Below are positions 27,031 to 32,308 of a stretch of 32,308 nt of DNA, piece after piece; position 1 is the first letter of the stretch; each line of letters begins with the position of its first letter. The notes beneath the pieces were generated by a model. That model was given only the letters and a program-made list of their open reading frames with translations. It was not told where the DNA came from and made no database searches. The stretch is from a virus. Lineage: Duplodnaviria > Caudoviricetes. The position numbers were made by a program, and so were the translations under genes. The stretch spans positions 1-32,308 of the IMG/VR virus record IMGVR_UViG_3300020274_000016; one strand, 5' to 3'.

Positions 27031-28387
27031 ACTTCTCTTCAAATAATTTTGCATCTTCTATTGTATTGACCATTGGTTTACCTTTAATATTCAAAGAGGT
27101 ATTCAACAATACAGGACATCCTGTACGTGCATACCACGCCTCCAGTATTGGTCTCAGTATGCTCTCTGAATCTAACGGTACCGTTTGTACCCTCGCACTA
27201 CCATCGACGTGTATACAAGCAGGTATCGCCTTAGGTTGCTTACACTTATAGACATAGGACATGTATCTCGAATTGGAAGGCATATCAAAGTAGTCCTGAC
27301 AATGCTCCTCCAAAACTGCAGGGGCAAAGGGTCTGAATTTGTCTCTTCGTTTGATTTCATTTACTAAGTCTTTTGTGCTAGCTTGCCTCGGATCCGCCAA
27401 TAAACTTCTATTACCGAGAGCACGAGGACCAAACTCAGCACGGCCATTCGCAACCCCCACGACTCTTTTTTCGAGGAGTGCATCAACAACTCTCCTTGGA
27501 TCACAGAACTTTTGTATATTATATCCGAGGTATGGACTGAAAGCAACCTTCTTACCATATGCCAAACATGCTGCACCCAGAGCACCCCCTGCGTCGCCAG
27601 GACAAGGCATAATCCAAAGATTATACATTTCCCTTAGACCTGTGTTTACAACGCAATTCAAGGCAACACCACCCCCATAGCAAATATTCTTACTATATCG
27701 TGACGCTATGTCAAATATCTCATTAAGTTCTAATTGCAATATTCTTTCTGCACTTTTAGCGACATCACACTTATCATAGTTACCTAGTCTAATTCCTTTG
27801 TGATTATTTCTGCGTAATGCTCTCTCTACAACATTCAAGTGCACAGGATGACCATACGCTGCCATACCCATGAAGATGTATTCCTCGTCTAATGGACGCA
27901 GACCTGCCCACTTTGTCAACGCAGAGTACCATAAACCAATAGATTGCGGATACCAGCGTGACCACACTTTCTTATAACACGCATGTCCTTTGACATACTT
28001 TGCTGTCCATATGGATGTGCAATCCCACTCACCTATACTATCAACCACCACACACGCTGCCTGATCAAAAGGTGATGTTTGAAACGCTGCTGCTGCGTGT
28101 GATTTGTGGTGACTATGATACTCTGTTGGTTTGAGAGATAAGTGTCTTTCTCTATACCACGCTTTCTGACCTGCAAAGAATTGTCTAGTTCTTTTATAAA
28201 AAGGTCTTTCGTAAAACGCTATCTTACCATCAGTTGATAAAAGTCTTGCTGTAGACGATGCTGTGACATCTAAATGTTTATCATGTTTTCTTCCAGAGTA
28301 TCTCTCTGAATGTGCTGCGTAAGGTATTCTACCATTGTTTACAACTGCTACAGCAGCATCATGAAACCCTTCACTAAAGCCAATCAT
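27011..28387 (-). CDS. O-carbamoyltransferase, NodU/CmcH/TobZ family (458 aa)
   Basis: HDAA..ERY..KH, HHxSHAAxAF, VVDSIGE, GGVALNC..N, GDAGGALGA, GRAEFGPRALGNRS.LADP, KRR..FRPFAP, HVDGSARVQTV, LNTSLN..G.P: both the Kae1-like and YrdC-like domains are present. Confidence 0.95.
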   Translation of the reverse strand: MIGFSEGFHDAAVAVVNNGRIPYAAHSERYSGRKHDKHLDVTASSTARLLSTDGKIAFYERPFYKRTRQFFAGQKAWYRERHLSLKPTEYHSHHKSHAAAAFQTSPFDQAACVVVDSIGEWDCTSIWTAKYVKGHACYKKVWSRWYPQSIGLWYSALTKWAGLRPLDEEYIFMGMAAYGHPVHLNVVERALRRNNHKGIRLGNYDKCDVAKSAERILQLELNEIFDIASRYSKNICYGGGVALNCVVNTGLREMYNLWIMPCPGDAGGALGAACLAYGKKVAFSPYLGYNIQKFCDPRRVVDALLEKRVVGVANGRAEFGPRALGNRSLLADPRQASTKDLVNEIKRRDKFRPFAPAVLEEHCQDYFDMPSNSRYMSYVYKCKQPKAIPACIHVDGSARVQTVPLDSESILRPILEAWYARTGCPVLLNTSLNIKGKPMVNTIEDAKLFEEKYEITVF

Positions 28388-29462
28388 ATATTCTCCCTCG
28401 TCTCCTCATGTCCTTCATTTTTCTCATCATAACATATTCTTTTGCCATTTTCTCATATTCTTCCCTTTCAGGATAGTCGCCAGGATGAGTAGAAGTTCTT
28501 TCTAAATTATCTTTCTCAAAACCAAAAGTATCTTTATAACTATCTCTATCCATGTTGAAATAAAAAGTTTCTATATTGTTTTTCTTAAAATACAATTCAA
28601 TTCTCCTTACTTGCTTTACAACGGTATCAAGATACTTCCATAATAATCCCTTATCAATTTTGTACAATTCCAAAGCATTTTCAGTTTTATATCTTTGCAA
28701 TACATGACTATGACTATATCTTTTTAATTTACTTGCAAAACAATCAATCAAATTTTCTTTATATGGTATGATATTTTTTCTTGTTTTGTATTTCTCAACA
28801 ACGTATTTCTCTATCTCAGTCGTATCTGTAACCACTGGATGACGACCTAACATGTGTCTACCCATGATTGAGAATGGATCAAAGATAAAATCTACATCAC
28901 ACAACTCATCTACAAAAGGTTGAATAGAGGAATGTAGTGTATTATTTTTACTCTTGAGATATGGTTCTAAAAAAGTGTTTAGATAACTTGTAGATGGTGA
29001 TACAGGAAAATATTTCTGCAACTCTCTAAACCACTTGTCAGTAAAAAATACTTCTACAGGGTCTTTGTCCTTCATTAGGACATCAGGAGGTTTTCTCTCA
29101 TTTACTTTTCCAAAATATTGCTCCATGAGGTCACCCCCTACTTCGCTTGTATTTGAATGAAGTTTAGTGTCGTCAATTGGGATACTCGCTACTTTGTTTA
29201 GGTATTCATGTCGTTCACCAACATTAGCGATAGCAGCTTTTTCACCAAATGTAGTTTTAGTTTTTATAGGTGTCTCAACCTTTGAATGTCCCTTTCTTAT
29301 TACAAATGTCTTTTCTATTCTTTTGTTATATTCACTGGGATGATGCCACTGCTTATAGAAATAGTATGGGTATTTAATTTTTGTATATGATTTCTTGTTT
29401 ACCTCAATAAGTTGCATCATGTGCATTTTACCCATATTAGGTGTTGCCCAATAATTGATCAT
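28374..29462 (-). CDS. Hypothetical protein (362 aa from likely start 29462), possibly a degenerate P-loop/sulfotransferase-fold member
   Basis: ATGA coupling at 29459-29462 and overlap with the carbamoyltransferase start. The N-terminal INYWATPNMGK resembles a beta1/phosphate-binding loop. Function is otherwise unsupported. Confidence 0.6.
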   Translation of the reverse strand: MINYWATPNMGKMHMMQLIEVNKKSYTKIKYPYYFYKQWHHPSEYNKRIEKTFVIRKGHSKVETPIKTKTTFGEKAAIANVGERHEYLNKVASIPIDDTKLHSNTSEVGGDLMEQYFGKVNERKPPDVLMKDKDPVEVFFTDKWFRELQKYFPVSPSTSYLNTFLEPYLKSKNNTLHSSIQPFVDELCDVDFIFDPFSIMGRHMLGRHPVVTDTTEIEKYVVEKYKTRKNIIPYKENLIDCFASKLKRYSHSHVLQRYKTENALELYKIDKGLLWKYLDTVVKQVRRIELYFKKNNIETFYFNMDRDSYKDTFGFEKDNLERTSTHPGDYPEREEYEKMAKEYVMMRKMKDMRRRGRIYDWL

Positions 29463-30436
29463 ATGTATTCTCCCCATGTATCAGGTAAGACCCCAAATTC
29501 ATCCACCCAGTCGTCATACACAGTTGATAGTGCGTTTCTACCATATTGATACAACTCTGGTGTTATAGGGTCTCTGACTGATCCCCACTGGTCTTTTAAG
29601 TATTCATATTTTGGTGCTTTGTCTGCTGCTTCAGGCCAAAAAGCATTTTCATGAATTTTTGTAATAGGGAATTCTAAAAAATCTGATAGTTTTTTCGTCT
29701 GCTCTTCAAACCTAGAAGGTTCCCAAAACTCCTCCATTACAATTTGTAATGTTGGCACGTATTTTTTGATCTTACGATAAAATTCAACATAAAAACGTGT
29801 GCAAGATTTTTTTAATTCGCCCTTGAATAATTCCTTCATTGTTTTATAGTCATCGTCCATTTTTAGACCAGGATATATTTCTCCTTTCTTATACCATCTG
29901 CTGCTTGGACAATTACCAGTAAATTTTGCACTAAAATCTGAATATGATCTACGAACTGGATCTCTACAAACAAACACACACTTGATATCAAAATGTGATT
30001 GAAGAATTGGTATGTACTTGTCGAGAAAAGGTTTTCTCAACCAACAATTACCATTTGCAAAGTCAGATACACCATAATAATCATGTTTTATATTTTCATA
30101 ATGAATTTTATAATACTCAATATATTTCTCAATACTAGGTGGTTCTGCAATCCAATCTCTAATAAATTCTTCTGAGTGTCTTGTATATGGTGAGTGACGA
30201 TTCAGTATTGGGGGGACATTAGGACTGTCTTCACCTAATAATCTTTCATACGGGTCAGACGTATATGTCCACATTGGTTGATTATAGTATTCATAATTTT
30301 CCAATTCATTCAAATAACCAGTTTCTTTCTGGTGCCCACCATGAAAACCCTTATTATCTAATGCGACAGTATAGTAGAAGGGAGTGGTTGCAGAGTGACC
30401 CCAACCACAAAAAATTAATAAAGGTATTTTACTCAT
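29459..30436 (-). CDS. Sulfotransferase-fold protein, atypical (325 aa)
   Basis: LLIFCGWGHSATTPFY (5'-PSB-like loop), KETGYL (KE motif), KCVFVCRDPVRRSYS (3'-PB RDPxxRxxS), QIVMEEFW..LSDFLE. Confidence 0.75.
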   Translation of the reverse strand: MSKIPLLIFCGWGHSATTPFYYTVALDNKGFHGGHQKETGYLNELENYEYYNQPMWTYTSDPYERLLGEDSPNVPPILNRHSPYTRHSEEFIRDWIAEPPSIEKYIEYYKIHYENIKHDYYGVSDFANGNCWLRKPFLDKYIPILQSHFDIKCVFVCRDPVRRSYSDFSAKFTGNCPSSRWYKKGEIYPGLKMDDDYKTMKELFKGELKKSCTRFYVEFYRKIKKYVPTLQIVMEEFWEPSRFEEQTKKLSDFLEFPITKIHENAFWPEAADKAPKYEYLKDQWGSVRDPITPELYQYGRNALSTVYDDWVDEFGVLPDTWGEYI

Positions 30437-30941
30437 TCAAAAAATCCCACAGGTCATTTGTAATTTTGTAAGGATTGACCGCAAATGTTGGAAAGTGACA
30501 ACTGTACCTATCCAGAACTTGCTCATATTCTTTAGTATATACCACCAAACCTTTTACGTCAAAATATGGTTTGAGTTCATTGTATAACTGATTTATAAAA
30601 TCATGTGACAAGTTGATGAAAGAAGACGTATCTATTGTATTTTCTACCACACCTTTATATAAAGGATAAATTGCATCACAATACGTTTTATAAACATCAA
30701 CGTATTTTTTTATTGTGGGCGGGTTTTTTTCGCCATCTGTGGTATTATTGTAAATTTTACCCAAAGCATCACACTTGTACAAAGATGTGCCAAAAGTTTC
30801 TATCCAATTATATGATTCAAGTTTTCTGCCCTGACAAATCTTTTTCTGTGATAGTAAAAAATAGAGAGGATCAATTTTCCCAACTTTACCGTAATGTGCA
30901 GCACCACATAAAAGGAATAGTGGTTTATTCATCCTCCTCAT
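30429..30941 (-). CDS. Short divergent paralog of the sulfotransferase-fold family (170 aa; alternative start 30932)
   Basis: KPLFLLCG, PPTIKKYVDVY, YKGVVENT, ELKPYFDVK and LWDFL match KIPLLIFCG, PPSIEKYIEYY, YYGVSDFA, ILQSHFDIK and LSDFL of the neighbour. Lacks RDPxxRxxS and the C-terminal block. Confidence 0.65.
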   Translation of the reverse strand: MRRMNKPLFLLCGAAHYGKVGKIDPLYFLLSQKKICQGRKLESYNWIETFGTSLYKCDALGKIYNNTTDGEKNPPTIKKYVDVYKTYCDAIYPLYKGVVENTIDTSSFINLSHDFINQLYNELKPYFDVKGLVVYTKEYEQVLDRYSCHFPTFAVNPYKITNDLWDFLNE

Positions 30942-31014
30942 AGATGTATGGATCTTGTCGACGCAACTTCCAAAGTTTATATTCTCCTTTGATCCAGTCC
31001 CATAGTCTTTTCAT
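30925..31014 (-). CDS. 29-aa micro-protein (not in the ORF track)
   Basis: MKRLWDWIKGEYKLWKLRRQDPYIYEEDE*. Starts 2 nt after the upstream stop, fills the only gap in the array and overlaps the next gene start. Confidence 0.6.
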   Translation of the reverse strand: MKRLWDWIKGEYKLWKLRRQDPYIYEEDE

Positions 31015-31016
31015 GA

Positions 31017-31904
31017 TTATTCCCATTGGTAAGGTATATATCCAAATTTTTCCTTGAAGTTTTTGTAAATCCAATCTAATTTACATCTACCCTCTTGCAA
31101 ATCACTCAATGATAAATCTTGCATATCTGAACTCCACTGATCTCTCAATCCTTTTATTTCTGGTCTTTTAGTTCCTCTCTCAGGATAATATACGTTGACA
31201 TGCATTTTTTCTATCTTATGATCTATGAAATCAGATAATGCTGAAGGATCTTTCCACGCCTCCTCCATAACAATCGCATAAACTTTGTCGAAAACACTCC
31301 ACTTTTCAAAGTTAGTAACGTAATCTGGTACAAAAAAACGAGAGGGTTTTACAATTTGACTTTTCCAATATGAAATACTATCAGGATATGTTTTTTTGAT
31401 AGTCTCCCAATGTTTCGCTTTTTCAGGATCTCTTATCTTCCATTCTTTAGGAGCATTATCATTATCTGTCATATTTTTATACCAATTTGATATTTGTGAG
31501 TATGACCGTCTTACGGGGTGCCTCCATATCATAGTTACTCGCACATCAAACTCTTCTTGTAATACGGGGGCGATTTGTTTCAAGAATTGTCTAGGTAAAT
31601 CACCATTACTATTTGAAAAATCACTAACACCCCTATATCCTTCCTTGACACGACTTTTCATATATTCAATGTACCAACTCAAAGTTGTATTCTTTCTTAC
31701 AAAGTCCATGCCTCTGTGTTTATGCTCAGTGTGCCAGTAATACTTTGCATGAACTGGTTTATACATTCTTTCATAGAGATAATACAACATATTGCTTTCA
31801 GTTGTTTCGCCTCTATGACAATATCCTATTTGTTCAAGTGTGTAACAAAGTGGTTTAGTTGCTGACCATCCTACACCTGCATTGATGTGTAATATGGGTT
31901 TCAT
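31017..31904 (-). CDS. Sulfotransferase-fold protein, atypical (295 aa from likely start 31904)
   Basis: ILHINAGVGWSATKPLCYTL, YRGVSDFSNSN, FDVRVTMIWRHPVRRSYS, IVMEEAW..LSDF, MHVNVYYPE..LRDQWSSD..FGYIPYQW. ATGA coupling at 31901-31904. Confidence 0.75.
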   Translation of the reverse strand: MKPILHINAGVGWSATKPLCYTLEQIGYCHRGETTESNMLYYLYERMYKPVHAKYYWHTEHKHRGMDFVRKNTTLSWYIEYMKSRVKEGYRGVSDFSNSNGDLPRQFLKQIAPVLQEEFDVRVTMIWRHPVRRSYSQISNWYKNMTDNDNAPKEWKIRDPEKAKHWETIKKTYPDSISYWKSQIVKPSRFFVPDYVTNFEKWSVFDKVYAIVMEEAWKDPSALSDFIDHKIEKMHVNVYYPERGTKRPEIKGLRDQWSSDMQDLSLSDLQEGRCKLDWIYKNFKEKFGYIPYQWE

Positions 31905-32308
31905 TTCATCCATGCCTCTGGTATACACCCAAATGTTTTTGCAAAATCTGAGTAGATGTAATCAAGATGCTCTAAACAATACCTGTGAGTTTCTAGATCA
32001 AGATCTATTTTGTCAGATTGCCACTGATCTTGTAAGTAAGGATGATGTGGTGCTTTACTTCCCATGTCAGGATAATATACATTCTCATGTATATCTGGTA
32101 GGGGAAAGTTTAAAAAGTTTTCTAATGGTTTGGTGTCACCTGCCCAAAACTCCTCCATAATTATAGGGTGCACATTATCTTTACCCCATACCTCAAGGTG
32201 TCTTCTGTAGATATCCGAATAGTATGCGTTAGGTTCTAATCTACCTCCTACACACATTTTGATGTGATCCTTAGGATCTGGTGAAACGACGTTTGACACA
32301 GAGAACAA
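31901..32308 (-). CDS. C-terminal part of another sulfotransferase-fold paralog (start lies outside the window)
   Basis: IIMEEFW..LENFL..IHENVYYPD..AP..LQDQWQSD..FGCIPEAW is shared with the two full-length paralogs; frame is open to the right edge. Confidence 0.75.
   Translation of the reverse strand: MFSVSNVVSPDPKDHIKMCVGGRLEPNAYYSDIYRRHLEVWGKDNVHPIIMEEFWAGDTKPLENFLNFPLPDIHENVYYPDMGSKAPHHPYLQDQWQSDKIDLDLETHRYCLEHLDYIYSDFAKTFGCIPEAWMK

Noticed and set aside
26524-27054. Calling the AAA ORF a functional ruvB or a clamp loader
   Set aside because: It lacks the RuvA-binding hairpin, Arg finger and winged helix, and no ruvA/ruvC is adjacent. Motifs fit RuvB better than gp44/RFC, so no gene symbol is given.
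145-32160. All plus-strand ORFs of the track (e.g. 373-702, 5598-5978, 14490-14927, 27339-27680, 31396-31740)
   Set aside because: They lie antisense to well-supported minus-strand genes, have no recognisable motifs and are the expected shadow of codon bias.
1-32308. tRNA, rRNA, CRISPR array, intron/intein, transposase, or stop-codon reassignment
   Set aside because: Coding density leaves no gap above about 55 nt, no such motifs were seen by eye, and TAA, TGA and TAG all end genes at sensible boundaries under the standard code.

Overview
AT-rich fragment of a T4-like marine cyanomyovirus (Kyanoviridae-like; a Prochlorococcus/Synechococcus host is inferred). Every credible gene lies on the minus strand, so the region reads right to left. 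(1) 32308-25095 is a tightly packed accessory 'tailoring' island: at least 4 paralogous atypical sulfotransferase-fold genes (plus one possibly related ORF) with a 29-aa micro-ORF inside the array, a NodU/CmcH/TobZ O-carbamoyltransferase, a strongly miniaturised RuvB-like P-loop protein, an SGNH-fold hydrolase/acyltransferase and a GT-A/GT2-like protein that has its own sigma70-type promoter. (2) 24908-24863 is a sharp boundary: an intrinsic terminator followed by two T4-type late promoters. (3) 24842-1 is the late baseplate/tail module: gp25, gp6, a giant gp7-like protein, a second gp7/VrlC-like protein, gp8, a DUF4815-type protein, several small ORFs (two missing from the ORF track, one with a capsid-targeting-like N-terminus) and a truncated tail fibre. 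The best candidate for an undescribed system is the sulfotransferase array/carbamoyltransferase/mini-RuvB/SGNH island. All family assignments come from motif recognition by eye; no database search was run.
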